NCBI GenBank assembly: GCA_002009975.1
Contig: MTLP01000012.1
Coordinates: forward strand, 32,001-96,000
DNA from: Thermococcus sp. JdFR-02
GTDB lineage: Archaea > Methanobacteriota_B > Thermococci > Thermococcales > Thermococcaceae
Direction: 5' to 3'
DNA length: 64,000 nucleotides
How positions within the stretch are numbered: position 1 is the first letter of the stretch; each line of letters opens with the position of its first letter. The position numbers were made by a program, and so were the translations under genes. The notes beneath the pieces are model-generated. The model was given only the letters and a program-made list of their open reading frames with translations. It ran no database searches and was not told the origin of the DNA. This document shows positions 30,009-40,596 of the stretch, piece after piece.

Positions 30009-30461
30009 TCAAAGTTCTTCTTTAACAGTTACAAAAGATACCATTGTAACGGTTTGACTAATCCCTTCTATCTCTCTTAATTTATCGATAACAATCTTCC
30101 CTATCTCTTCTGCTGAAGATGCTCTAACTTTTATCAATAAATCCCATTCACCGGCTATTATATGGACCTCATGGACACCATCAATTTGGGCAACTTTTTC
30201 AGCAACTTCCCTTTGCGTTAATCCTGGAGAGGGGTCATATCGAGCTAAGATAAATGCCGTTGTTCCTAAATTTAACTTCTTGTAATTTGGTTTTATTGTG
30301 AATTTTTCTATGATTTTTTCATCCACAAGCTTTTTTATTCTGTAATGGACAGTTGTCCGTGGGATTCCTAATTTCTTACTCAGAGTTGCGATATTTTCTC
30401 TTGAGTTGTCTTTGAGTTCTTCGAGCAATTTTAAATCTATCTTATCCAATCCTTCCGCCAT
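30009..30461 (-). CDS. Lrp/AsnC-family regulator
   Basis: LDKIDLKLL..L..NSR...LSKKLGIPRTTVHYRIKKL and IAGEWDLLIKV. Confidence 0.92.
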   Translation of the reverse strand: MAEGLDKIDLKLLEELKDNSRENIATLSKKLGIPRTTVHYRIKKLVDEKIIEKFTIKPNYKKLNLGTTAFILARYDPSPGLTQREVAEKVAQIDGVHEVHIIAGEWDLLIKVRASSAEEIGKIVIDKLREIEGISQTVTMVSFVTVKEEL

Positions 30462-30527
30462 ATCCTTTCCCCTCTAGTCGTTTGTCATTTTTTCAAATAT
30501 ATATGTTTTATGTTTGTCGTTTACCCA

Positions 30528-31082
30528 TTATATAAGGTTTTCTTTTAACCATTTTGAAAACATCCTCAATGCTTTCCCTCTATGGGATATTCTGTTCTTT
30601 TCTTCGGTTGTCATTTCTGCAAATGTTTTCTTAAAACCATTCGGGACAAATATTGGGTCAAAACCAAACCCCATAGTCCCTCTTTTTTCAAAAATTATCT
30701 CTCCTTTTACAACTCCAGTGAAAATATGTACTTTTCCGTCATAGTATCCAATGACACTTTTAAAGTAGGCTCTCCTATCTTCAATTTCATCCATTAATTT
30801 CAAAATTCCATCATTTCCAAGGGTTTTGTAAACGTAAGCAGAATAAACTCCGGGAAATCCATTTAATGCTTCTATAAACAGTCCAGAATCATCTATAAAA
30901 AAAGGTTTGTCAATTTTGTTTTTAAGCCAGTTCAATGCAAATTCAACAACTTTTTCCAATTCATTTGCTTGGATTTCTGGATATTCAAATTTCTTCTGAA
31001 CGACTCTGACGCCTAAATTTCCCAGATATTTCTGAGCTTCTTCAACTTTTCCCTTATTTGACGTTATAAACACAATTTCCAC
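30528..31082 (-). CDS. dITP/XTP pyrophosphatase (Ham1/RdgB family)
   Basis: [26 protein letters not shown] and SHRGKA. Confidence 0.93.
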   Translation of the reverse strand: MEIVFITSNKGKVEEAQKYLGNLGVRVVQKKFEYPEIQANELEKVVEFALNWLKNKIDKPFFIDDSGLFIEALNGFPGVYSAYVYKTLGNDGILKLMDEIEDRRAYFKSVIGYYDGKVHIFTGVVKGEIIFEKRGTMGFGFDPIFVPNGFKKTFAEMTTEEKNRISHRGKALRMFSKWLKENLI

Positions 31083-31164
31083 TTTAGCTCACCTGTAAAA
31101 TAGTGTTGGGCATTAAAAATAAACTTTTGGCTAGTTTAGAAAAAAGTTAAGATGGGAATTTAGC

Positions 31165-31653
31165 TCAGTCTATTACGTACCCAATTTTCTCCACTAATGC
31201 TCTTCTCTCTTTTTTCTGCTCTTCAGTCTCTATCTTGTTTGCGGCTTTTCCATCAACGATACCTAAGATTGCTCTTCCCAACTCAGTTTCAGCAATAATT
31301 ACTTGTATTGGGTTTTCACTAGCACCATAAACCATTGCAACTGCAGGATGATTTTTTATGGTATTTAAAACGTTTATTGGGAATGCATTTTTCATAAGTA
31401 CTACAAACGCATGTCCGGCTCCGATTTTCACCGCATTTTTAGCTGCTAATTCCTCTAATTCTTTGTCATTTCCAGTGTATCTTGTTAACTGAGGTTTTGC
31501 TTCATTCATAGCAATTCCAAATTTAATTCCCGGGACAGTCGTTAGCAGAGCTTTAGCCAAATCATCGACAGTAAATATTGAAAAGTTACCTTGTCCTATA
31601 ATGCATTCTACCCCATCTGGTTTTTCAATATCAATCACCTCAATTTTCACCAT
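31165..31653 (-). CDS. Adenosine-specific kinase-like protein (DUF355)
   Basis: IIGQGNF, FGIAMNEA, ASENP and GRAILGIVDG. Confidence 0.8.
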   Translation of the reverse strand: MVKIEVIDIEKPDGVECIIGQGNFSIFTVDDLAKALLTTVPGIKFGIAMNEAKPQLTRYTGNDKELEELAAKNAVKIGAGHAFVVLMKNAFPINVLNTIKNHPAVAMVYGASENPIQVIIAETELGRAILGIVDGKAANKIETEEQKKERRALVEKIGYVID

Positions 31654-31714
31654 AGCAACCACCAAAAATAATATATTAGGATATTTGATAAAACTTTTTC
31701 TTAAGGGAGAGATA

Positions 31715-32626
31715 ATGGATGATGATGTGAAAATCGAAGAAATTGAATTTCTAGTTGAGATACTGAATAAACATCCAAAAGAAAGTTTGCGTAAAATAGC
31801 GAGTATTGAAGGTATTGATTATTATAGATTGAAGCGTCTCTACGATAAATACTATGGAGTAGGCAAACATGTCCAGGTTAATGCTATCTATGATATTGCC
31901 AGAGTAGGTCTTAGAAGTTATGTTGCATTTTTGAGCATGTCCAAAGAGGATATTCCACATGTGGCTTTGAAAATGGCTAATAATCCATTTATAGCTTATA
32001 TAACAGCAACTTTTGGTTTTAAAATTGGGATATCCGCTGTTTTGCATATTCCTAAAGAACAAGTGTCCTTGATTAACGAACTTTTATCTCGATATTCTGA
32101 CGACTATGAATATTATGAGGTTAGAGCTTATCCAGAAAAACCTAAGAGATTTGGGGAGTGGAATCTTAGTTATGAATATGCTTTGTTAATGGATATACTA
32201 AAAGAAGATGCTCGAACCAATATAACAGAGATCTCAAAGAGGCTTGGAAAAACAAGACCAACCGTCAGTTACATGACTAAAAGATTGGAAAAAACTGGAA
32301 TAATAAGGGGCTATCTTGCTGTGTGTGATGTGGATGCATACAATCGGGGTTTTTGTGGAATTAGTGAGGAGCTACCTCCAGATATTATAAAGAAATTTAA
32401 AGAACATGAAATACATGTAGGAGTTCTCAAACCAAAAGGATACATAATAGAGTGGTTCTTCTCTTCAAAGGAAGATATTGGGTTGAAAATTCTGGAATTC
32501 AGTAAATATGTTAAAAAGTTCACAGTCCATTACTTTGATTATATCAAAAACTTGCCGAACCCATATAAGTTCTCGTTGAGGGTAAAAAAAGATGGGAGTG
32601 GATATAGGTCAATATTAGACTTCTAA
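31715..32626 (+). CDS. Protein with two Lrp/AsnC-like HTH modules
   Basis: N-terminal SLRKIAS..GIDYYRLKR and internal DARTNITEISKRLGKTRPTVSY..KRLEK.GII. Start moved to ATG 31715 to avoid overlap with the divergent gene. Confidence 0.75.
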   Translation: MDDDVKIEEIEFLVEILNKHPKESLRKIASIEGIDYYRLKRLYDKYYGVGKHVQVNAIYDIARVGLRSYVAFLSMSKEDIPHVALKMANNPFIAYITATFGFKIGISAVLHIPKEQVSLINELLSRYSDDYEYYEVRAYPEKPKRFGEWNLSYEYALLMDILKEDARTNITEISKRLGKTRPTVSYMTKRLEKTGIIRGYLAVCDVDAYNRGFCGISEELPPDIIKKFKEHEIHVGVLKPKGYIIEWFFSSKEDIGLKILEFSKYVKKFTVHYFDYIKNLPNPYKFSLRVKKDGSGYRSILDF

Positions 32627-33547
32627 GGGGCAAAATTCTATCCCAAAAGGGTCGCCGCTGGCTTGAAATTCTATTGCTCTACAATCATGGCATATATACC
32701 TAAACGGACAATGTGCACAGCTTTCTATTTCGTTCTTGGTCATTTTCCAAAATTTTCTTAAACGATTCTTCCTTGCCAGTTTTCTAATCCCTTCCTCTTT
32801 TGCATCTCCAATCACGAATCCTCTAAGGAGGGGACAGGGCAGTGCATATCCATCAGCTGTTATGGTTAGATTACCTGAGAGACAATCGTGATAAACATTT
32901 GTATCTGGCTTACGTGTTCTTTTTAGTTCCAGAAGGTTAAGCTTTACCTTTTTTAGTGAACCGGGATAGATTACATCTAAGTATATTTCCCCCTCAAAGT
33001 CTATTGATGTATTTAAGAACTCCTTGTATTTTTCTTGAGTTATTATAATCAACGCTCCATAAGCCCAATTCAAGCTTTCTATCTTTTCAATGTTTTCTCT
33101 GCTGTAAACTGCTTCGACTATTACCTTAACACCTTTAACATAATTTACCTTATCCACATCCTCAATCCTCAGAATCACATACACATTGGGTATGCCTATA
33201 CTTACAGCATACTCTGCGATTTTCATAAGCCGTTCAGCACTGTCATAGTTTGTTAAATATAACTCTCTCCCATTTGCAAGATAGAATTCATTTATGAGTT
33301 CCATCATTCTCTCATCACTTAATGGTTCTCTTCTGAGTATGAAGTTATTGTTTCCAATGCAGCCAATTGATCTTGGAATTCCAGTTATTTCAGAGAATTC
33401 TCCCTTTCCTTCACCTAATTGAAGTATCAGCCGTTCAAGTTTTCCTGAGTGTTTACGGTTTGTCCATGGGGGTTTTGCTATGGAGACGATATTTGGGACC
33501 TTTCTAATGTTGTCATAACTTAATAGTGTCTCCCTTATTTTTTCCAT
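32615..33547 (-). CDS. SPASM-domain protein lacking the radical-SAM CxxxCxxC motif
   Basis: C-terminal C-LSG.LTITADG..LPC...CAHCPFRYICHDC...C; only one Cys in the N-terminal ~210 aa. Confidence 0.8.
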   Translation of the reverse strand: MEKIRETLLSYDNIRKVPNIVSIAKPPWTNRKHSGKLERLILQLGEGKGEFSEITGIPRSIGCIGNNNFILRREPLSDERMMELINEFYLANGRELYLTNYDSAERLMKIAEYAVSIGIPNVYVILRIEDVDKVNYVKGVKVIVEAVYSRENIEKIESLNWAYGALIIITQEKYKEFLNTSIDFEGEIYLDVIYPGSLKKVKLNLLELKRTRKPDTNVYHDCLSGNLTITADGYALPCPLLRGFVIGDAKEEGIRKLARKNRLRKFWKMTKNEIESCAHCPFRYICHDCRAIEFQASGDPFGIEFCPLEV

Positions 33548-33727
33548 AAACCTCACCTAATCTCTTTAGAGGGATATTGATATATTAACTTTTTCTATTC
33601 CGATTTTTGTTACTATTAACAGTAGTTTGCAAAATATGCATAGATAACGCTTTGTAATATTATTGAAACCAAAAAGAACTAAATACAATATTTCCATGCA
33701 TTTTCTAAACTTAATGCTGTGAAAAAT

Positions 33728-34594
33728 TCATAATTTAAAACTATTATCATCGCTGAATTTTTTAATTCTATCCTCACTTTGCAGGATAATTGCCCCTAAT
33801 ATTATGAAAAAGGCACCAAGTAGTTGTCTGCTTGTTAGGACTTCTCCAAAGATTAGATAAGCCAAAATTAAAGCTACAACGGGCTCGATTGTTGCAATTA
33901 TTGATGCTTTGCTTGCTTCCACTTCTTTTAGTGCTCTGTTGTATAGAAGGTAAGCTAAGAAGGTTGGAAAGAATGCCAGTGCAAATAAGTATGGTAACGC
34001 TTCAATAGGCACGCTGAATTTGGAGAAAGGCATAAGAAATAATGCCCCAAATCCAATAGTGTATAGGAGCGCTTCCTGCGGTTCGTCATTTCTCATTGCA
34101 ATCTTGCCAAATATTCCATATAACGCATAGGTGAGCCCGGATAAAAGTCCAAGGGTTATGCCTAAAAGATTAATCCTCCCATTAATTTGAGTGACTAACA
34201 TGATCCCAAAGATGACCATGATTAATGAGATGGTTTTCATTTTTGTTATCTTCTCCTTAAAGATTAAGTATCCAAGGATTGTTGAGTATATTGGGGCTGT
34301 GTAGAGTAGTAGGACTGCTAAAGAAACAGAAGATACTTTTACAGCATAGAAATAAACTGAATAAAACAAAAATACAGTAAAGAAGCCATAGGTAGCATAA
34401 AAAGGCAATCGTTCTTTTTTTACTTCTAAACCCTTAACGGTATTATAAATTAATAAGATCAAAAATGCTATGATTGCTCTATAAAAAATTATGGTAAATG
34501 GATCTAAATTGAATCTATATAAAAGCTTGGCAAAAATACCTAGAGTACCCCACATGCTAGCGGCTAAAAAAACTAAAAAATAGCCCTTCTTCAT
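33728..34594 (-). CDS. EamA/DMT-family transporter
   Basis: About 10 TM, duplicated EamA repeat, LLYTAP and IEPVVA motifs. Confidence 0.88.
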   Translation of the reverse strand: MKKGYFLVFLAASMWGTLGIFAKLLYRFNLDPFTIIFYRAIIAFLILLIYNTVKGLEVKKERLPFYATYGFFTVFLFYSVYFYAVKVSSVSLAVLLLYTAPIYSTILGYLIFKEKITKMKTISLIMVIFGIMLVTQINGRINLLGITLGLLSGLTYALYGIFGKIAMRNDEPQEALLYTIGFGALFLMPFSKFSVPIEALPYLFALAFFPTFLAYLLYNRALKEVEASKASIIATIEPVVALILAYLIFGEVLTSRQLLGAFFIILGAIILQSEDRIKKFSDDNSFKL

Positions 34595-34604
34595 TAGGAA
34601 ACCC

Positions 34605-35369
34605 TCATATTTCTGGTCCTATTGGAAGTCTTCTTTTGTGCTCGCTTTTTTTGACCAATTTTTCAACATGTTCGACTTTTTTCATGGGGATTTCAAGTTC
34701 TTTAGCAATCTTCTCCTTTGGAACCTTTAAATCGATCAAACGATGCAGGATTTCATCTAAGAGTTTATAGCTTATTCCAAGCTCTCCTTCATCTGTTTGT
34801 CCTTCCCAAAGACCAGCAGTTGGTTTTTTATTAATTATCCTTTCGGGAACGCCTAAGCGTTTAGCTAACTCCCAAACTTCTGTTTTATATAAGTTTATTA
34901 GAGGTGCATAGTCACTTGCCCCATCTCCCCATTTTGTGTAATATCCTGTCAAAAGCTCGCTTTTGTTGCTTGTTCCCAAAACGAGCAAGTTTTTGGCATT
35001 TGCATGGGCATAAAGTAAAATCATCCTTGTTCTAACCATTATGTTGCCCTTTGTAACTCTATCAGCTTCAAAATCTAAGCTTTTTTCAAAGACATCAACT
35101 ATGGGCTTTATCGGAATTATCTTGTATTCAATTCCTAAGGTCTCACAAACCAATTTAGCATCCTCAACATCTTGGTTTTCATAATAAGGCAATATTAAGC
35201 CAAGGACTTTTTCTTTTCCCAAGGCTTTTACAGCTAAAAAAGCAGTTGTAGCACTGTCAATTCCACCACTAACACCTATGACAACCCCATTTGTTTTGCT
35301 TTCCTTAACTTTTTCTTGAATAAATAAAACAATTTTATTAATTACCTCATCATAGTTTAGACTCCTCAT
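34605..35369 (-). CDS. nadE: NH3-dependent NAD+ synthetase
   Basis: [10 protein letters not shown]...[23 protein letters not shown] and SEHKR. Confidence 0.95.
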   Translation of the reverse strand: MRSLNYDEVINKIVLFIQEKVKESKTNGVVIGVSGGIDSATTAFLAVKALGKEKVLGLILPYYENQDVEDAKLVCETLGIEYKIIPIKPIVDVFEKSLDFEADRVTKGNIMVRTRMILLYAHANAKNLLVLGTSNKSELLTGYYTKWGDGASDYAPLINLYKTEVWELAKRLGVPERIINKKPTAGLWEGQTDEGELGISYKLLDEILHRLIDLKVPKEKIAKELEIPMKKVEHVEKLVKKSEHKRRLPIGPEI

Positions 35370-35374
35370 GAGGG

Positions 35375-35845
35375 TCACCTCTTCAAGTGTTTTTCCATAA
35401 ATCTAACATAACCAGCCATACTTAATACTGTACCAACAATCATTAAAATAAATGCTAGTATTGAAAGGGAAGAAAAGGGGTAGTTAACTCCATTGACTTT
35501 ATAAGAATAAGTTAAGTTTCCCTTTTGTATATGTATTGTGGGTCTTGAGATTGGGGTTAAGTTTAGGCTCTCATTGTGGAGGAAATAGTATTTTATACTG
35601 TTAGCTTGAATTACGTAAAATGATGCATTTTCAGAAAAGAGTGTGAGAGTTCTGTTTGTTATATAATACCTCTTTTCAAACTCTTCATCACCTATGACAT
35701 GCTCGCCTACACCCAAAACGCCTCTGTTTTCATAACTTTTTTCAACTCCATGCATAGCTAAAAGCGATAAGACTAAAGCAAATATGAGGGACAATATTCC
35801 AAACTTTATCAAAGGAAACTTGATGGCTTCTTTCAGTGAAGTCAT
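35375..35845 (-). CDS. Hypothetical membrane protein (two TM flanking an extracellular domain)
   Basis: Hydrophobic ends; in operon between oppF and nadE. Confidence 0.7.
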   Translation of the reverse strand: MTSLKEAIKFPLIKFGILSLIFALVLSLLAMHGVEKSYENRGVLGVGEHVIGDEEFEKRYYITNRTLTLFSENASFYVIQANSIKYYFLHNESLNLTPISRPTIHIQKGNLTYSYKVNGVNYPFSSLSILAFILMIVGTVLSMAGYVRFMEKHLKR

Positions 35846-35880
35846 GATTTTCACCTAAAAGTAAAGAAGAAAAAGAGGCT

Positions 35881-36888
35881 TTAAATCTTTCCAGCGAGCC
35901 AACATTCTACCCAATGGTTGTGCTCGTATTCGATTAACTGTGGATGCTTAACGTCACAAAGCCCCTTCTCCATATAGATACATCTTGGATGGAATCTACA
36001 TCCTGAAGGAATATTCACTGCGCTTGGAACTTCACCTTTAATTGGCACTTCTTTGATTATGTTTCTTCTTTCTGGAATAGGCTCTGGAACTGCTGCGAGT
36101 AAGGCTCTTGTATATGGGTGGATTGGATTGTCAATAACGACTTTTGCTGGACCCATCTCCACAATTCTTCCCAAGTACATGACTGCAATATAATCGGAGA
36201 AGTACCTTGCTGTTGAAAGGTCGTGTGTAATATAGAGATATGTAACTCCCATTCTCTCTTTAATGTCTTTCATTAGCTCTAAGATCTCTGCTCTAATTGA
36301 AACATCAAGCATTGAAACTGGCTCGTCGGCAACTATAAAGGTTGGATTCAAAATGAGTGCTCTTGCAATAGCAACTCTTTGTCTTTGACCACCACTTAAC
36401 ATGTGTGGGTGTCTTCCAACGTAGTCTTCTGGAGGAACGATTTTGACCATTTCTAGAGCTTTATACACTAATTCCTCTCTCTCAGCTCTTGTTTCACCAA
36501 TTCCATGAATTAATAGTGGTTCTTCCAGAACGTCATAGATTCTAAATCTTGGATTTAATGAAGAAAATGGATCTTGGAAAATCATTTGAACATGTCTTCT
36601 GTAATTTTTTACCTCCTCTTGAGTTTTTAATTCTGTCACATCTTGACCATTTAAGTAAAGTTTACCATCTGTTGGTTCAAGCAACTTCATAACTAACTTT
36701 CCAGTTGTTGTCTTACCACATCCGCTCTCTCCAACCAATGCAAACACTTCTTGCTTGTGAACTTCAAAGCTTACTCCATCCACTGCTCTAACATATCTAT
36801 GGGGTTCTCCTCTAAGTGCTCCAAGTAGTCCTCTCTTAATTGGGAAATATTTCTTAAGATTTTCAACCCTTAAAACTGGCTCAGCCAT
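35881..36888 (-). CDS. Oligopeptide ABC transporter ATP-binding protein (OppF/DppF)
   Basis: GESGCGKT, LSGGQRQR, ADEP and GCRFHPRC. Confidence 0.93.
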   Translation of the reverse strand: MAEPVLRVENLKKYFPIKRGLLGALRGEPHRYVRAVDGVSFEVHKQEVFALVGESGCGKTTTGKLVMKLLEPTDGKLYLNGQDVTELKTQEEVKNYRRHVQMIFQDPFSSLNPRFRIYDVLEEPLLIHGIGETRAEREELVYKALEMVKIVPPEDYVGRHPHMLSGGQRQRVAIARALILNPTFIVADEPVSMLDVSIRAEILELMKDIKERMGVTYLYITHDLSTARYFSDYIAVMYLGRIVEMGPAKVVIDNPIHPYTRALLAAVPEPIPERRNIIKEVPIKGEVPSAVNIPSGCRFHPRCIYMEKGLCDVKHPQLIEYEHNHWVECWLAGKI

Positions 36889-36898
36889 TTTTCATCCC

Positions 36899-37858
36899 TC
36901 ACAATAACCAGCATGCTGCGTAGTGATCTTCATCAACTTTTGTAAGTTGAGGTATCTGTTCTTTACACACTTGCATTGCATATGGGCATCTTGGGTGGAA
37001 TCTACAGCCTGTTGGTGGTTTAATTAAGTTTGGTGGTTGTCCTGGAATAAATTCAAGCTTTTCAACATCTTCATGCAATCTTGGAATTGCTGATAGCAAT
37101 CTTTGGGTATATGGATGAGCTGGTTCATAGTATACCTTTTGGCTATCTCCAATCTCAACTATTTTTCCAGCATACATGACCGCTAATCTATCGCTAACTT
37201 CTGCCAAAATGCTTAAATCGTGGGTAATGAATATCATTGAGAGCCCAAGCTCTTTCTTAAGCTTCTTAAGCAAGTTTATGATTTGAGCTTGCACTATAAC
37301 GTCCAATGCCGTTGTAGGCTCATCTGCAATAACTACTTCTGGATCTAAAAGCAATGCCATTGCAATGACAACTCTCTGCTTCATTCCACCGCTTAGCTCG
37401 TGTGGGTATCTATAAACAATTTCTGGATCTAATCCTACTAACTCTAAATATCTTTGAGCCTTGTTTAAGGCTTCTTCTTTTTCCATGCCTTTGTGATAGA
37501 GTAAAGGTTCGATCATTTGATAACCAACTGTATAAACTGGGTTTAATGCGTTCATAGCACCTTGGAATATCATTGAGATTTTTTGCCATCTTATTTCTCT
37601 TCTCATAACGTTTTCAGGAAGTCCAACTATTTCCCTTCCATCGATTTTTATGCTTCCTCCAACTATTTTTCCTGGTGGTGTTGGCATGTTCATTAAAGTG
37701 AATCCAAGTGATGATTTACCACATCCGCTCTCTCCTGCTAATCCAAGGACTTCACCCTTCTTTAGCTCAAAGCTGACATCATCTACAGCTTTAACGACAC
37801 CTCTTGAAGTGAAATAATACATCTTGAGGTTTTTAACTTCAAGGACTGGTTTAGCCAT
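36899..37858 (-). CDS. Oligopeptide ABC transporter ATP-binding protein (OppD/DppD)
   Basis: GESGCGKS, LSGGMKQR and DEPTTALD. Confidence 0.93.
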   Translation of the reverse strand: MAKPVLEVKNLKMYYFTSRGVVKAVDDVSFELKKGEVLGLAGESGCGKSSLGFTLMNMPTPPGKIVGGSIKIDGREIVGLPENVMRREIRWQKISMIFQGAMNALNPVYTVGYQMIEPLLYHKGMEKEEALNKAQRYLELVGLDPEIVYRYPHELSGGMKQRVVIAMALLLDPEVVIADEPTTALDVIVQAQIINLLKKLKKELGLSMIFITHDLSILAEVSDRLAVMYAGKIVEIGDSQKVYYEPAHPYTQRLLSAIPRLHEDVEKLEFIPGQPPNLIKPPTGCRFHPRCPYAMQVCKEQIPQLTKVDEDHYAACWLL

Positions 37859-37868
37859 TTTACTCACC

Positions 37869-39308
37869 TCACAATCTCTTGAGTCTTGGGTTCAATACTC
37901 TATCTAATGCTACACCGATCAACACGAAGGTTAATGCTACCAGTGCAATTGCCAATCCTGGAGGAATAACCCACCACCAGTAGCCGTTAATTGTAGCACT
38001 TTGTGTTTGAGCATCGTAAAGAATTTGTCCCCATGTAACAGCAGTTGGATCACCTAATCCCAAGAAACTCAATGAAGCTTCAGTAAGAACTGCACCGGGA
38101 ACGTTTAATGCCATTGCAGCGAAAGCATATGGCATGATTTGAGGTAGTATGTGTTTGAAGATTATCCTTCCAGTTCCGGCACCTAAAGCTCTTGCTGCTT
38201 CAACATAAGTTTGCTCCTTAATCTGAAGTGCCATACTTCTTGCAACCTTTGCAATACCTGTCCAGTAAAAGATAACCATTAAGAACACGATTGTCCAAAG
38301 TGTGACGTGTCCCTTAAATGCAGCACCTAGGAGGATTAGGATTGGTAACACTGGTATTGAAGCTACAAACTCATTAACTCTTTGCATGAATTCGTCTCTC
38401 CATCCACCCAAATAGGCACTTGTAACACCGAATGAAATTCCAATCAACACTGTAAGCACAGCAACTGAGACACCAACGGTTAATGAAACTCTTGTTCCCC
38501 ATACCAATCCAGCCCATAGGTCTCTTCCCATATAGTCTGTGCCCATAATTCCATAGGTTCTACCTGTGAGTGTGATAACTATTGGGGTTAAATCTATTTT
38601 ATCGCCTTCATTGAATGTAAAGATTTCAATTAAGAATGTATACTTTCCGTGAAGTGGTTCTGGATTAATTAGTATGCCTGGTTGAGCTTTTGCAAATATT
38701 ACTCTCATAACGTCCATAGTGCTCTTTATAGTCTCTGTCCTTCCGGCAAGAGCTTTAGGGTCTTCAAACTCTGCAGCCCAATTAAATACATTGTTCACAA
38801 CAGCACCTGTTTTTGCTACTTGGAAGGTGGAGCCTTCTCTTAGTTCAGTTGTTAAAAGTTCAACTGTCTGCCCATCGGGTCTTACTAGTGTGATTGTAAT
38901 TTGTGCTGGGGAATTTATATCAGTGAGTTTTACCCCGATATTCTTAATTATCAAATCTTTTGGAGGAAGATCATACTGATTAATGTAGTCAAATTCAATA
39001 GCATAATACTTTATTCCACCACCTAAGTCTTGTTCTGGAGTTATTCTTAGATCATTGTATGTCAAAACTTCGTGAGCAGCCAGCTTTTTATTTGTGAAAT
39101 AATTGTACCAGATTGGAGGGACATTTGTTGGATTTCCTTCCCAGTATGTTGGCCACTTATCTGGAATATCTGGCTCAGTTATATATGGTGCTGCCAATGC
39201 TGTAAAGACTAGAAGGAAGAGTAAGGCTAACCCTAATAATCCACCCTTTTGTCTTCTGAATTCAAACCAGAAATCTTTTACACTCGCTTTAAAATCAACC
39301 CATCTCAT
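37869..39308 (-). CDS. Oligopeptide ABC permease (OppC/DppC) with large extracellular insert
   Basis: GTD..GRD, EAARALGA and EASLSFLGLG. Confidence 0.92.
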   Translation of the reverse strand: MRWVDFKASVKDFWFEFRRQKGGLLGLALLFLLVFTALAAPYITEPDIPDKWPTYWEGNPTNVPPIWYNYFTNKKLAAHEVLTYNDLRITPEQDLGGGIKYYAIEFDYINQYDLPPKDLIIKNIGVKLTDINSPAQITITLVRPDGQTVELLTTELREGSTFQVAKTGAVVNNVFNWAAEFEDPKALAGRTETIKSTMDVMRVIFAKAQPGILINPEPLHGKYTFLIEIFTFNEGDKIDLTPIVITLTGRTYGIMGTDYMGRDLWAGLVWGTRVSLTVGVSVAVLTVLIGISFGVTSAYLGGWRDEFMQRVNEFVASIPVLPILILLGAAFKGHVTLWTIVFLMVIFYWTGIAKVARSMALQIKEQTYVEAARALGAGTGRIIFKHILPQIMPYAFAAMALNVPGAVLTEASLSFLGLGDPTAVTWGQILYDAQTQSATINGYWWWVIPPGLAIALVALTFVLIGVALDRVLNPRLKRL

Positions 39309-39319
39309 TTTAGCTCACC

Positions 39320-40381
39320 TCATGTCTGTTGAGAAGCTCCAACTTTAACTCTTGGATCTAGATAACCATAAGCTAGGTCTGCAAGAATCATGCTTATTAA
39401 GTACAAAGCCACTGTAACGAATGTAACACCCATCAAAAGTCTAACCTCATTTTGTTGAAGTGCTGTCCAGTAAAGCCTTCCCATACCGGGCCAACTAAAC
39501 ACAGCTTCGGTAATGATGGCACCACCAATTGAAGCTAAGAGTCCAAAGATTGTCATTGTAATGATTGGAGGAGCTGCAGCCCTCAGAGCATGTCCATAAA
39601 TTACCTTTCTCTCTGGAACACCTTTAGCTCTTGCAACCATAATGAAGTCTTCCTGCATTGTACCTATCATTATGTTTCTTGTTGTCCAAGCCCATCCACC
39701 AAAGAGAACGAAGACTATTGTTCCTACTGGAAGTACCATATGATAGAGAATGTCAGTGTAATAAGCGAATCCTTCTTTTGGGGGAGTTGATGTCATACCA
39801 CCGCTTGGGAACCAACCTAATTCAAAAGAGAACACCAGAATTGCTATCATTCCGAACCACCACATTGGAATACTGCTTGTAAGCATTGCTAATACTGAAA
39901 CACCTCTATCCAAAGTACTTCCTGCTACTTGTGCAGCTTTAACACCCAAGAGAAGACCTATTAAAATAACGAATATTTCTGCAGTTGTGAATAACAAGAC
40001 CGTTCTTGGAATGGCAGTAGCTAATATCTTTTTAACATTTGTTTCACCAAATATCGGCATTTTGGTATTTCCAAAGTTTAAAGTCAGTGTATCCTTTGTT
40101 CTTTTTACTACCCTATACCAGAAGGGCTTATCTAACTCATACACTCTAATAAGTCTATTGTACTCTCTTTGATACCATTCTTGAAACTTTTCTGGATCTG
40201 CACTCAGTTGTTTCTGAAGTTCGGGATTTGCCCTAAGTTTAAAGTTTATTTGCTCTTGAATGCTTGATCTCAGATCCTCTTCTGCAACTTTTGTGAAAAG
40301 GACTGAAACTAATAATGTAACTAAGGCTAGAACCAATGCAGCATTTAACAATCTAATTGCCAAATAACGTCCATATCCCAA
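39320..40381 (-). CDS. Oligopeptide ABC permease (OppB/DppB)
   Basis: ARAKG...HALR, E.VFSWPGMG and YLDPRV. Confidence 0.92.
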   Translation of the reverse strand: MGYGRYLAIRLLNAALVLALVTLLVSVLFTKVAEEDLRSSIQEQINFKLRANPELQKQLSADPEKFQEWYQREYNRLIRVYELDKPFWYRVVKRTKDTLTLNFGNTKMPIFGETNVKKILATAIPRTVLLFTTAEIFVILIGLLLGVKAAQVAGSTLDRGVSVLAMLTSSIPMWWFGMIAILVFSFELGWFPSGGMTSTPPKEGFAYYTDILYHMVLPVGTIVFVLFGGWAWTTRNIMIGTMQEDFIMVARAKGVPERKVIYGHALRAAAPPIITMTIFGLLASIGGAIITEAVFSWPGMGRLYWTALQQNEVRLLMGVTFVTVALYLISMILADLAYGYLDPRVKVGASQQT

Positions 40382-40596
40382 ATCTCACACCCCCATGTTC
40401 ACATGAGTTCATTTTAGGATTTTATCAATCATCAACATTTTCAATCTTGTAAAACTTTTATATATTTTTCTATATTGACGAAAAAATTGAGAAAATGTTG
40501 TGAAGATTAATAACTGAAAAACTTTAACAGTTGAGAAGAATCAATTGCTAAAAATAATGAAAAATGTTAAAAATAAAGGTTTGAAAGAGAAGGATT

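Noticed and set aside
31601-31714. N-terminal extension of the double-Lrp ORF
   Set aside because: It overlaps the divergent DUF355 gene and the shared promoter; ATG 31715 has a purine-rich RBS.
32615-33547. SPASM protein as maturase of the 12-Cys peptide (sactipeptide/ranthipeptide)
   Set aside because: It is about 27 kb away, lacks CxxxCxxC, and the precursor carries a Sec-type signal, which favours disulfides.
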